The notes below the pieces were generated by a model, which was not told where the DNA came from, ran no database searches, and was given only the letters and a program-made list of their open reading frames with translations. A DNA stretch of 64,000 nt, from NCBI RefSeq assembly GCF_040938485.1, contig NW_027270908.1:2790001-2854000 (forward strand), written 5' to 3'. Shown piece by piece: positions 27,039-40,500 of this stretch (the stretch's first letter is position 1; the number at the start of each line of letters is the position of its first letter). This DNA is from Diadema antillarum (Eukaryota). Both the position numbers and the translations under genes were made by a program.

Positions 27039-30000
27039 CCCTCCATCTCTCCCTCTCTTCCTCTCTCTATCTTTTATACCGTGACACCCTAACTCTCTTG
27101 CGTCCCACGTATCTATGCTACAACAACCTCTCTTTTTGCTTTGAGGAGAGTATCACGTGTCGTCACTAACTTTCTCGGGCCCATCTTTAGGGAAAGTAGG
27201 GAATCCAATGTGGTTTTTGATAGTCACAGAATGTGCGTACCATCTTTATGAGACCTTTTAGAAATGGAACGCTGGTGGGCAGATTTACCGTGACTACAGA
27301 ATAAAAGTAGGAAGAAAAGGAAAGGGAACTGGAAAAGATGGTATAAAAGAAGGAGGAGAAGAAGAAGAAGAAATGAGAAGGCGGAGGAAGGGGATCGAGG
27401 AGGAAAAGGAGGAGGAGGAGGAAAAAGAAGAAGAAAAAAAGGAGGAAGAGGGGAAAGGGAAGAAGGAGGAGGAGGATGTNNNNNNNNNNNNNNNNNNNNN
27501 NNNNNNNNNNNNNNNNNNNNNNNNNNNNNNNNNNNNNNNNNNNNNNNNNNNNNNNNNNNNNNNNNNNNNNNNNNNNNNNNNNNNNNNNNNNNNNNNNNNN
27601 NNNNNNNNNNNNNNNNNNNNNNNNNNNNNNNNNNNNGATGTCACATACTCTTTGTATTGATGCGTGGTTTCCTCACAAATACAAGCGACCGTGTGTTTAT
27701 CGATGAATCAGTTCGACTCAGTGATTTGTTTACCTCGTCGTTTTCGGGGAAGGAATGTGATGGTGGGAGACTATTCGCAAAATCAGTGATAAAAACAATT
27801 AAAACCAGTGACGATAACACTTATGTGAAAATTCAATGCCAAAATACCCCAATTTTATGAATGCCCCCCAAAAATGTGACTGGCATTTCGTATGTAATGA
27901 GTAAATTCTGTCTTTCAGCCCTTATTTGTAGAATCCTACACACATCAAGCCACATTCGTGGTGTACACACAAATAACGTGTATCATACCGGCAGGGAGGG
28001 TTTGGTTGTGCAATGTTTCATCCTGTACATCCCTGTTATCATACAGAATGCACTCTGCTACTGTTTCCCCCACAAAGTTGTCACTTCTATGTTGTCTGCG
28101 TTCAGTGATAAGGGTCGCCCCGTGGCGGCTTCGATAATTCGACCGTTTCCTGTTTCTATCACTGTTTATCAGTTTTACCCCGTCCTGATCGAACCACAAT
28201 TATCACTACAATTGGCATGTTAAGTAAAGGCATAAAGTTTTGACGTGAATGACGTAAGTCTTGTGGTGCCATTAAGCTAGCCCGATGTGCCAACCATTTT
28301 TGTCACCTAGCCTGTTTGTTGCTCAGTAATAACAGTCTGTGTTAGCCTTCGAGTATCATACTATTCGTCATAAGCATGATTCATGATGAATAAAGTCTTA
28401 TCAGTAAACACTGACATGATACAGAGGACATTATTTAATTCAAATATATTTCAGAATGATCCGTTCAGTTCCGTTACTTCTGTTCTGATTGTTAGTCAAC
28501 CAACATGGTCAATGATCACCTCAAAATAGTCATCTCTTGAGGAGGAAGTATCATTTATTTTCGGGAAGGGGGGATGATTCGAAATTAAAGGTGTGTTCAT
28601 GACCTTTTGAAAAAAAAGGAAGGCAAGATTATGAAGATTACGTAAATTAATGTTTATACACATCGTGTTATATAAAAATGAGGTGGTTCTTTTCGTTCTG
28701 TTATTATTATTGTAATTATACATGGTATTTCTGTCTATTTAGGAAGTGAAGGCATCGAGGTCACGTGACTTTAATAGACCGTTATTCCGAGCTGCTGGAA
28801 GGGCACCATATTGTGTCACGTGATAGCTGACATCTTATCCGTTGAATTTCCTCCATTTTTGTCTGACATTGCCGATATGTTTGCCCGTCTGTTGCTCTGA
28901 GTTCATCCGTTTCATTCCAAATTACGCTCGTCTTAAAGACTAAGCTTTTCTCCAGCTACCATACTGCGTTGAAGAAAGATTGCAGATGAATGGAAATTTG
29001 ATATGACTATTTCTTATTGGTGTTTTCACGATTGTTTTTTCATATTTGCAGAAATCGACCCACCGACCAAAAGTGCCGATGAGAACACTGTGTTCAACAA
29101 CAACCCTCTTCATATCGACGAGTCAGACATTGATCCCAGGTGAGATGCAATAAACCAATACTTCCTTATATTAGCGTCTGATGACCTCAAAAAGAGATTT
29201 GGGTGTTCGTTGCATACACCTGTGACGATATGTATATTACAATTAATGTCTGTCTAACTTTCCTCGCAACCTTGTAACACGTAAACTGATCAGTACACCT
29301 CATAAATTCTACCCAGCCGAGGTGTCACGTTTCTTGCCCGGTGAAAAGATTTATTCGGTGGGATCGTATATCCCTCAACAGGTCATAATTATTTCCTGCA
29401 TCAAATAAATTATTATTAACGAGAGGGGAAAAAAAGAGCGTCATAATCATTCATCTCTCGTCCTTGAAAGATTATTGTAAAATCACATATTTGACTTTAA
29501 TGTATAGAATTAGCGTGGTGTTAAATACCCCGTAAAATCACGGTAAGAGATACCCCGGTAATAGATACCGCGGTAATAATAGATACCTAGGTAATAGATA
29601 CCGCGGTATTTCAGTGGTACCGTTCTCTCATTCGCGAGATACCGTGGTAATCCCGGTCCGGAAGTACACCTCTCGGAGGTAAGCACTGTGCATACGCATA
29701 TCTCCTAGACGGGAAAAAGACAGGAAGTGTGTCTAGGCAGGGAGGTGGAACTTCCACCTCCCTGGTCTAGGTCACGTGAGAAACACACCGCTTTAGCTTT
29801 ACGGTTGGTGGTACTTCGTGGCACTATTCGAATTCAAATTTCGCATCCTTATTTGGCGCCAAGTTTGAATTACCATTCTCTAAATACCACGGTATTTCGC
29901 GACGTATTTCGCAGTGTCTTTCGTGCAGTGTTTGCTTTCGTATTACGAAATACACCGCGCACATCAACAAACGCAAATGAACTTGTCAACCAAATGTTTG

Positions 30001-31468
30001 ACAGAGAGTCTGAGAAGTTCATGGAAATATTGCAGGGCTCAATGATTGATAAGTGGGCATAAGTATTTCTTAAATTATGTTAAAAGTTTCCAGAGAGGAT
30101 AGATGTGTAACTTCGTCCCCAAATACTACTCGATTGTAGATTTTAAAGTGTTCTGTCATATGTCAAGTGCAGATGATGGCCAGTAAGACAAATATTTTCG
30201 TTTCCTCCATGTATTCTAGCTCTTCCATCTCGTCGGCTGCCCCAGCAGCACCCGAGCCGGTGCATACGGCTCCTCAGTTCGTCACCCGCCCCAAGTCTGT
30301 CACGGTGAACGAAACCAAGTCAGCACGCTTCTGCTGCACTGTTTCGGGGATTCCCCAACCCGTGGTCACGTGGGCACGGGACGACCAGGTGCTAAAGGAT
30401 GAGGGACGATTCGAGATCTTCGAGGACCATGGCGAGTTCGTCATGGAAATCTTCGACGTCGTGCCCGGGGACTCCGGGATGTACACGTGCACAGCGTCGA
30501 ATGCCGCAGGGAAAGTGGCCACGGGTGCACAGCTTACCGTTCAAGGTAAGCAGGTCTCATAATTAAAGCTTTTAAAAAAGTCACCACGTAAAGGGTCATT
30601 ATCTCGGAAGTTCTTATGGAGAGACATAGAATTGAAAACCAGTATTGTATGCAGAAGATAGCAACAATTGATATATCAAATTTTTAGAAGACTTCCAACA
30701 AGGCCTCGTAATATCAGCTTCCATTCACTCGCTAAGCACACTGATCAGTCAGTCACGACTTTTCGATGCTTAGTGTGGAATGACATTCATTGCTTTCATC
30801 ATGTTCATGAGGAATTGATTGCCCAGCTTTTTATTTCTTACTGTAATAACGTTAGTATGGTAGGTATATAAACAGTGTTATTTGATCAGAAGTTTTGTAT
30901 TTAGTCAGGTGTTGGGCTACAGTCCTGAGTGTGTGAGTAGTAGACTATTAAGTTGAAGTGATCACGTTTTTCAGTAATGTGTGTTCTCGCATCACATTTT
31001 CCAATAGCAGTCAAGAAAGCAGAGAAGCCACCGGTGGTACCGTACACGAACTCGATGTCGTCGACCGACGTCAGAACGGAGGATGTCTTCTCCTCGGAAG
31101 ACGTGGCTTCCATCCGTTCGGAACAGATCCCCGAGCCGACGCCGGCAAAGACAACAGAATTCGAGCCCCCGTCTCGCATTCCGCCCGAGTTTCTGGCCCG
31201 CCCGTCCTCCCAAACCCTGGTCGAGCCCAACTCGGCCAAGTTCGTCTGCCGCGTCGTAGGCGACCCCAAGCCCTCTGTGACGTGGAGCAGAAACGGCGTC
31301 GTACTCGGCGACGCCGGCAGATTCGAGATCTACGAGGAGGGGGATGACTTCGTGCTGGAGATCTTCGACACAACGCCGCAGGACACGGGATCGTATGTGT
31401 GCACGGCGACGAACCTGGCTGGTCAGAAGGTCGCTGAGGCGACGCTGACGGTGGAAAGTAAGCATCAA

Positions 31469-31513
<45 letters not shown>

Positions 31514-34500
31514 ATTGATGATGAAAAAGCATTTTTTTGCGCCATTTATCAGTAAAAACATTCAAAGGTACCCACCTCCCACAATGTGTTCCACATCATT
31601 CACAAATTTGCTGGAAAAAATAGGTTCATCACAAATAACCCATGATTAACCGAGATTCATTAATTGTCAAAATATCAAAAGAGAAAATGACAGAAAACAT
31701 AAATAGCAACTAGAGATCACGTGCTATCCATGACTTGCCATATTAAATGCCAAGGACGGAAAGAAAATTAAACAATACACGTCATTCTTAACGGTTTAGG
31801 AGTCTATAACTACAAATTTGAGCGAGGTATTGGGAACCACAAATATTATGGATGTGTCAAAAACTAGCAGAAGAATCACAAGGAAATTTTCCACCATAAT
31901 TTATCGTGTGAGACAAAAGATGAATATACGCTCCATACAAGCATAATTTTTGTAAGCAATTCACTTCAGATGGAAATCTTATTAAAGAGATCAAATGCCA
32001 GATACTGTCAACCTCACCCCGATAGAATCATACGGGACTGGAGAAAAATCTTTGGACTTACGTGAATTTCTACCTAAACAACATAATTACCTCGTGTTTA
32101 TATCCATACATGTCGAATTTTCCTTCGGCTTGCCAGTTTTTAGACTTGTGTGAGGTCGACTTAGGAGAAACTGACTGTATGTAAATACTTAGCAGATTGT
32201 ATGTATGTAAATATTTAGCATACTTAGCAGTTTAAAATGAGGATGAATTTTCATATCTTTCACATACAAAAAGTCAATTTCACGAAATATGTAACATCAT
32301 TTTAGGTATATAAACACATTTACACAGGATTAAAACGATCAGCTAACAGATGCTTTCCATTAATGTCCCGTATGGACATTGCAGTTTCCTACATAGGGGC
32401 GTAACTATAATAAGAAATGCTATCCCCTTGAAAAGACGGAAGTTAAGTATTAAAAGAAATAAATATCTGAGGTGCTTTAATAAAACACTGATGTACAAAC
32501 GTGTTTCATTATCATTATCGTACTGGAAACAAAAATGATACTTTACAATGCAACACTCTCACAGTTTCGAATGAGACATACGGGTATAGTGAAACCTGTC
32601 TACAGCGGTCACACAAGGTGGCCGTTATAGATAGGTGGCCGCTATAGACGGTTTTCACGGGGGAGGGGTGGTGGCCGTTTACGGCAGGTAGCCGCTTTAG
32701 ACAGGTGGCCGTTAAGGCAGGTTTGACTGTATATCCTAGATTGACTATTACCCCTGACAGAATACTAGCTTTCGCGCGTAGAGTGTCCTGTAAGGAAATC
32801 TCTTCTTTTTTTTTCCACGTTGTCTCGTTTGTCTAGCACTGTTAATCTCTACAGGAAACCCGCAGCTTGCTTGTGGCCATGGCTTATGAAATCTGTGCCG
32901 GGCCTAACCACAGTAGATAGAGATGGTTCGAACACTGGAAAATAGAAACGGAAGAAGCAGGTGCAGCCATTAAGTCATCAGTGGGCAGTGGAGCCAAAAA
33001 TATCCCTAATTTCAATGCATGAGTGCATTGGACGCCGTGTGACGTTCCCCTACACCTCAATCAGTCAATGTATCTTTATCGATAACTGTCTTTTTGTCAT
33101 TCTGAACATGTCATAGAGACTGTGCATCATAACGATCTTCTGCTTCACTTACGACGCTATAGAACTCTCCGCACGAACTGAATGGATAACACCTGCCTTG
33201 TATTATAATCTTTGTCCCCGCTAGTCTTCAGCACGTGACCGCGTGGTGACCCCGAGACGATTTATTTCCACTTTCGGTTTGATATAAAAGGTGTTGAGCG
33301 TGATGCACGTGCGTTATGTTTATAATTAAAACAAGAGAACGGGGGCCCGCTTTGGGGCTAAAAAGATGACAGGATTTTTAAAGGAAAGAACACCCAAAGA
33401 GAAATGTGGATTGAGTGAAACCAGCAACATTAGTAGAACACATCAGTGAAAGTTTGAGGAAAATCGTAAAGTCCGTGCAAAAGTTATGAATTTTTAAAGT
33501 TTTGGTTTTGGAACTGCTGGATGAGGGTTATGACATATACTGTGTGGACAACAATATGTATAAAGAAAATATAAAGGGAATTCCACAAAAATTCATTTTT
33601 CTAGCATAATGAAAGAGCACTTGACTAACCGCTTTCAGAAAGCAAGGGGAATAACTGCTACCCTTGACATGTCAGTATCAAGTTGATGGAATCTGTAATT
33701 TTCATGAAAATGATTTTTTGTGGTATTCCCTTTATATTTTCTTTATACTGCTGTCCAGACATGACACCGTATTCTCTGGTAGTCTCAACCCACATGTCTA
33801 TGAAGGTGAACTTGTCCTTTAAGTTTTGCCATTTTGGATCATAATTCCAGTTGACTTTATATTGTAATTGAAAATGTGTCCAGAGTGAAATCAAACATGC
33901 GTATGCCTTCAATGTTCCTAAAGTGCAGTTTTACAGTATGTCCCCAAAAAAATTACAACGGGGCCCTCCGCAATGATATCTTTAAAAGTAGTGAATCAAT
34001 CTAAATACAAATTCAGGGTATGAAACTATAACTCATTGCCCACATCTTACAGAAAACCCCATTCGATTTGCTTCAGTGGTCAAAGAGAAATACGGAATTT
34101 TGTAGAGGATGTCGGGAATCTCTTCTGTCCAAGTTCTGTCTATTGTTCACACACAAGATCATCGAAATGCTAAACTCGGAAGAATCTGATTCATGACATG
34201 CTTTACAACAATCCAAATTTCTCTGTGACCGCTTAACCAAATCGAATGGGGATTTCTGCAAAATAGAGCTAAAATGTTATATTTCAAGACCCTGAAGTAG
34301 CATTTGAAAAATTTAATCATATTGGGCATTATCAATGCGAAAATCTTATTGTAATTTTTTGGGGGACATACTGCAGTAAGTCGCCCCAAAAATTACAATC
34401 AGATTTTCGAATTGATAACACCTATTATGATCAACCTGTGTACGTGCTACTTCAGAGTCTTAAGGTATAACATCTTAGCTCTATTTTGCAGAAAACCCCA

Positions 34501-37500
34501 TTCAATTTGGTTAAGCGGTCACAGAGAAATGTGGATTGTTGTAAAGCATGTCATGAATCGGATTCTTCCGAGTTTAGCATTTCGATGATCTTGTGTGTGA
34601 ACAATAGACAGAACTTGGACAGAAGAGATTCCCGATATCCTCTACAAAATTCCGTATTTCTCTTTGACCACTGAAGCAAATCGAACGGGGTTTTCTATAA
34701 GATGTGGGCAATGAGTTATAGTCTCATACCCTGAATTTTGATTAAGATTCGTTCACTATTTTTAAAGATATCATTGCGGAAGGCTGCGTTGTAATCTTTT
34801 TTGGGACATACTGTATTGCAAGATTGGATGCCATTGTTATATCTAAAGGGAACATAAAGGGGTATGGCATGCGAATATAAAAGTTCCTCCGTTTCTTACT
34901 TTTTTCCCCAGGTAAATGCAGGAAGCTCTTTTCAGCCTTATTAGAGTGGGTTGAAAACTTTGGTTACCATGGTTACAAACATAACACGTTAAAAAAAATA
35001 TTTAGTCAGATGTGTCTTCCTAGCGTATGGTATAGAACATTGTGCCAGGTTGATACCGTTAAACAAGTGTGAGTACACAACACCAACGGAAAAACAGACA
35101 AGGGGTACTACAAGGGTTCCTTAACGCGATGCATTATAAACTAGAGTACGGATATAATATTTGTATCCTGAAATAGATCGACTGATTACAGCCTTCTTCA
35201 ACGTTTCCAATTTACCAATTGAGTCAGAAAGCACCCTTAATCACGAGTCAATGTTCCCATTTTGATTTGGCTGGAGGCCAAGCTTGCCCTGCTTTAGAAA
35301 TCTCTTTAGCCTTAAAGTCTGCGGATGTTCCTTCGATGTACTTGTCCCCGGCGGGGGAGATCCCCGTTGAAGTATACCGCAAGCCCATCGCAGCCCACGG
35401 AGGAAGCATTACTCTAAGAACAAACCTGGCGTTTTCACAGTGTGAACATGAGAAACGCCTTGATTAAGACTAATAATAACATGTCACTTCCGGCTGAGAT
35501 GACTTTAATGAGAAGAGTAAAAGTGTGCATGATATTTTAATGCCGTTTGTTTCGTAGTCCTTAAAGATAGAGAAATAACACCTAATGTCCTTCTATTCTA
35601 ATTTATTTTGGTGAGATGATTTTTTTTCTTGTCTTTTTTTTTATTTTGTTTTGGAAGTGTGTGCTCTGAATACGCTTTACATCAAATTACGTCACACCTG
35701 GAGCCCTATATTTACTGCAGACAAAATGTGAAAAATCATCTGCATGTTTACAAATCACTTGTATTTTGCCAGGTTCTGCACCGAAAGGCTCAGCCCCCGA
35801 ATTCCTGGAGAAAATTTCTGACGTCACGGTAAAAGATGGAGACTCTGTAAAGTTCGTCTGCAAGCTGGCGGGTATACCGCCTCCTACCGTCCACTGGTTC
35901 TATCGCAACCAGGAGATCGTAGGCAGCGACGAGGTGTACGAGCTCTTCCATGATGGCGAGACGGCGTCGCTCTGCCTCCCCGAAGTCCTCCCCGAGGATG
36001 AGGGCGAGTACTCTTGCAAACTTCGGAATACCAACGGAGAAGCCAGCTGTAAGGCTAACCTCAAAGTTCATGGTGAGCAGAGTCTTGTTTTTTTACCAAG
36101 GTATAGCATCTATAATGAATGCTGAAAATATAAATTACGATACGTACTCATTTGTGCACGTAACATTCTGCTCATGTTTCACACAACGGCAGAGTATAAC
36201 ACTTTTTGCTTCATTAGTATACATCAGTGATCATGAGCATGGGACCATTACAATAAAAAAGATGAATGAATATATTGATCGTGAATCTAAATTTCAATCA
36301 AAGGCATATTCAACCCATTCAAAATAATGTATACTAACACATTCAGGAGAAGACAGGTCCTGAAGCGTTTCTGAAGTCTTGTGACAGAAATAATTGTTGA
36401 GACCTAGATATCGGAACATAAGTACTGCACAGAACAAACAGTACCAGTTAGAGAAGAAAACAGATGATATTGGTATGACGATGATGATCATAGGGATCAT
36501 TCAAGTTAAAAAAAAAAGTTAGAAGTGGAAGTAGTTGTAGCAGTAAAAATAATGATAGTAAGTTGTAGTAGTAGTAGTCGTCGTCGTCGTCGTCGTCGTC
36601 GTCATCGTGATAATGAGAATGATAATAATGAGAATGATTTGAATAAGAATAATGATGATAATGATGATGACAACAATAATGCCAATTATAATGATAAATG
36701 ATAATGATCAGAAGAAAACAAATATGTTGTTATCATCACCACTTTTAAAACTCTAACTACTACTTTTACAATCTTACCGTCATTTTCACTACTGACCACA
36801 TTATCATGGCCACCTTCGTTCATCGTCGTTATTATAATTACCCTTTTCCATCATCTGTCACAGCTGCACCTGCTGTTGTCAACAATGCGACCGAGGTCGA
36901 CAAGGCTTCCACGGCGACCAAGCCCGAGTTCGTCCAGAAGCTGAAAGACATCCAAGCCATCGACGGCAATCCCCTCTCACTTCCGGTCAGGGTCAAAGGT
37001 GAGACTCTTGTCGGTGTTTTTATCACCATTATGTCGATAACATATACCCTTGTATTTAGATATATTCGATGAAATATTCTTAATGCATCAATGGTGGTAG
37101 CTTGTGTATTGATACCTATTTGTAGATATTTTTTCTGTGAGAGAGGTGTTGTCTACTTTGCTCAATGTAGATTATACTGACTTTTAACCTTACGTCGCCA
37201 TCTTACCGAGAATAGGTTCAAAATAACATTTGCTCTGAACCTTTGGTTTGTCTTATTAGGCTCTCCCGATCCCGAAGTGAGATGGTTCTTCAACAACGAA
37301 GCCATCAAGGAAGATGACGACTTTAAGTTCGTACGAGACGGTGATCGATACTCGCTGGTGATCGCCGAGGTCTACCCCGATGACGCTGGCGTCTACACCT
37401 GCAAGATTTCGAACGCAGCCGGAGCGGACGAGTGTTCAGCGAAAGTTTTCGTCCAAGGTGTGTGCTGCGTACATTAGTACCTACATTTGTTATCAAAATT

Positions 37501-40500
37501 CATTGTTTCTTCCCTGAAGAGTGCCATCTAGCTAGTGTTTGAGTATGTATAGTCTGAAGTGGCATCGAAGACACCTGCTAGTATCAAATTTCGTGTTTAC
37601 ACATGCGTATGATTGGTTATTACTAGTTTCCTTTTTCTTTTTTAAGTGAAATTACTGATTGGGATAAATTTCACAAATCCCCCCTCCCTCTGTGCATTGC
37701 AATAATCCTTCTTGAGAATGGTTTTGCATTGTCATGAAGTCAAAGGAAGACTTCGTTTCTAAGACTTGCAGGGAAGGAGTACCAGATTTGCCGGAAACAT
37801 CGTGTCGAAATCAGTTTTCAGTCGTATAATAGAGAACTGAGGTTATAATACAAGTCAATAATTATTACCTTACACTAGTCTTCTTTCAACGAAATGCATG
37901 GATTTGATTTGACCTGACAGAGAACGACTTCGATGGATGCCCGCCAAAGTTCCTCCAGAAGCCTCGCTCCATCAACATCGACGAGGGGAGCAGCGTCACG
38001 CTCTCCTGCAAGATCGACGGCGAGCCGCTGCCCACGATCACGTGGATCAAGGACGGCCGCCCCATCGAACCCGGAAGGAGATTCAAGATGGAGTCGTCGG
38101 GTATTTCCGGCACGACGCGCTCGCTCAACATCCCCACGGTGCTGTCGACGGACGCGGGGAGCTACACGTGTGTGCTGCAGAACGAGTTCGGGACCGAGCA
38201 GTGCAGTGTGTCGGTGGTGGTCAAACCCCTGGAAGAGGAACAAACGGACTTCCGTTCACTGCTGAAATCCAGGTATGTTGACTCACCATGTCTTTTTCCT
38301 GTCGGCATCTTTGTTGCGTAAGGTGCCGAAGATAGTTTTTATGTTTATAGTTGAGTGATAATTAGATGAATGTTCGAGTATAATCAAATGCCTATAGGCG
38401 TGCAAGAGACTGACGGCATTTAGTTCGCTGTGAGTTCACGGTCAGATGACATTTCATCAGAAAACATAATTACGACATTAAAGTGAATTGCTCATTTGTC
38501 ACTTCTATAAGGAAAATGAAATCATCATAAGGTGACTGGGAGACACATCGAATATCTAAATGATGTGTATGTTATGTTCTGGCGAAAATGCANNNNNNNN
38601 NNNNNNNNNNNNNNNNNNNNNNNNNNNNNNNNNNNNNNNNNNNNNNNNNNNNNNNNNNNNNNNNNNNNNNNNNNNNNNNNNNNNNNNNNNNNNNNNNNNN
38701 NNNNNNNNNNNNNNNNNNNNNNNNNNNNNNNNNNNNNNNNNNNNNNNNNNNNNNNNNNNNNNNNNNNNNNNNNNNNNNNNNNNNNNNNNNNNNNNNNNNN
38801 NNNNNNNNNNNNNNNNNNNNNNNNNNNNNNNNNNGCTTATTTTTTGCTGCTCACGATAAGTGGACTGCTGCTTAAAGTGTGTGACGCCTATATTTCTATC
38901 GCTCTTGTTTGATGAAAAACGTTACAGATGGCGGAGGCACAGATTCAAGGGCTGCTACACATATTATTCGGCTTGTGAATCATTGATGAATGTTTATTTA
39001 TTCCACTGCAGACCCCGTCTCCAGAACATCTCAAACTCCCCAAACAACATCTCCAGCGACCGAAGCGAAGTGGACCAGGTCGACTTCCGTCACGTGCTCA
39101 CGCGCCACGTGCAGACCAAGAAGCGGCCGGTCTTCACCCGTCCCCTCACTGACCTCGAGGTGATGGAAGGCGAGCCCGCCTGCTTCGAATGCCACGTGGA
39201 CGCGTCCCCGCCCCCTATCATCACGTGGACGCTCAACAAGAAGGAGATCAAGGAATCCAAGTACTTCCAAATGAGCTACACAGGTGAGATAGTGTTTATA
39301 CAGCGTGAGCATTGGGTTGTCCCGTTGTACATTTCATCACTCAAATCGCTTAGTGATCAAAACACCTTTTTCAAGTCGGGTGAGATGCGTGTTCTGCCTG
39401 TCACAGGGAGCTCTAGATTTTCGACGCGGACGTTGAGACGACGAATGCGTTGGCCATTCTCCTCTCTCCTTGCATTGTGTTGCAAAGTAGCTTTCACGGA
39501 GATGCAGCCAGTACAAAGTAAAATTATGTTCCCGTATCATTATTGCATCAAGTAGCTCTCTGCGTCGTAAATGTAAGCGGAAGCAAAAATGGCCCGAAAC
39601 TGACCATGAAAGCTAAGACGACGCGATATCAATTTTGATGAGCAATTTTGAGCATACGCAGAATATTTTGTCCACATGGTGAACATCTAAAGCTCCATAG
39701 CAAGAAAATGTCAACGGATTGCGACATTTGAACGTTCGTAGCTAAAGTCGTGATATCGGACTGCATGGCCTCCACAAGGAACTGTCAATTATGGCCTGAA
39801 CACAAACGTGGTTAGCGCCCTCTATCATTTTAAAGGTTGATTTCATCGTGTCTTTGTTTTTATTGTTTTACTTTTTGAGTAAAGCGACTTCTGTTTTTTC
39901 GGGTGAGTTAGAAAGTACAGTGACTTTTAGTAAAATAGAGAAAGTACCGTGATCATTGCTGCAACAAAATCTTAGAGGAGCAGTGAAAGTTGAGATAAGA
40001 CCACTTGATCATAAGTAGCAATAATTTTGACATTGAAATTTGAATAGAGATTCGTTCCAGGAGGGTGTGTGTAATAGCGTTGTCACACTTTTCAACATTC
40101 AAGTGACAGTTATTACATGATTTCTTAATGAGCAAATTATACGTCAAATGCCAGCATCATAAGGCTATTATGTCTGTGGTTAAAAACACAGCCAGTATGT
40201 CATTCCTAGTAATAAGGCTACTAAAGGTACAGGGCTACTCCTGCATAAGGATACAGAGCGTAAAAAAGAAAACTTACTAAAAAAAAACACGCACAAACGT
40301 AGGGCACAGCTGCAGCATCACAACCAATACAGTAATGAGAGGACATCTGTAGAAATATTCACCAGACTTTCAGCCTAAATCTCCGTCCTAATATTCATAA
40401 ATTTCGCTGTAGGTAGGTGTTCTTTTCGAGGGAGAAAATGGCATGATCGCATTATCTGCCTTGTAAGTCAGTTATGAGCGCGCTGAACAAATTTAATTGT

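Noticed and set aside
37921-39099. Internal start equivalent to vertebrate short MLCK (MDFRANL)
   Set aside because: No Met directly precedes either DFRxxL motif, and I saw no supported promoter or first exon in the flanking introns, although one contains a gap.
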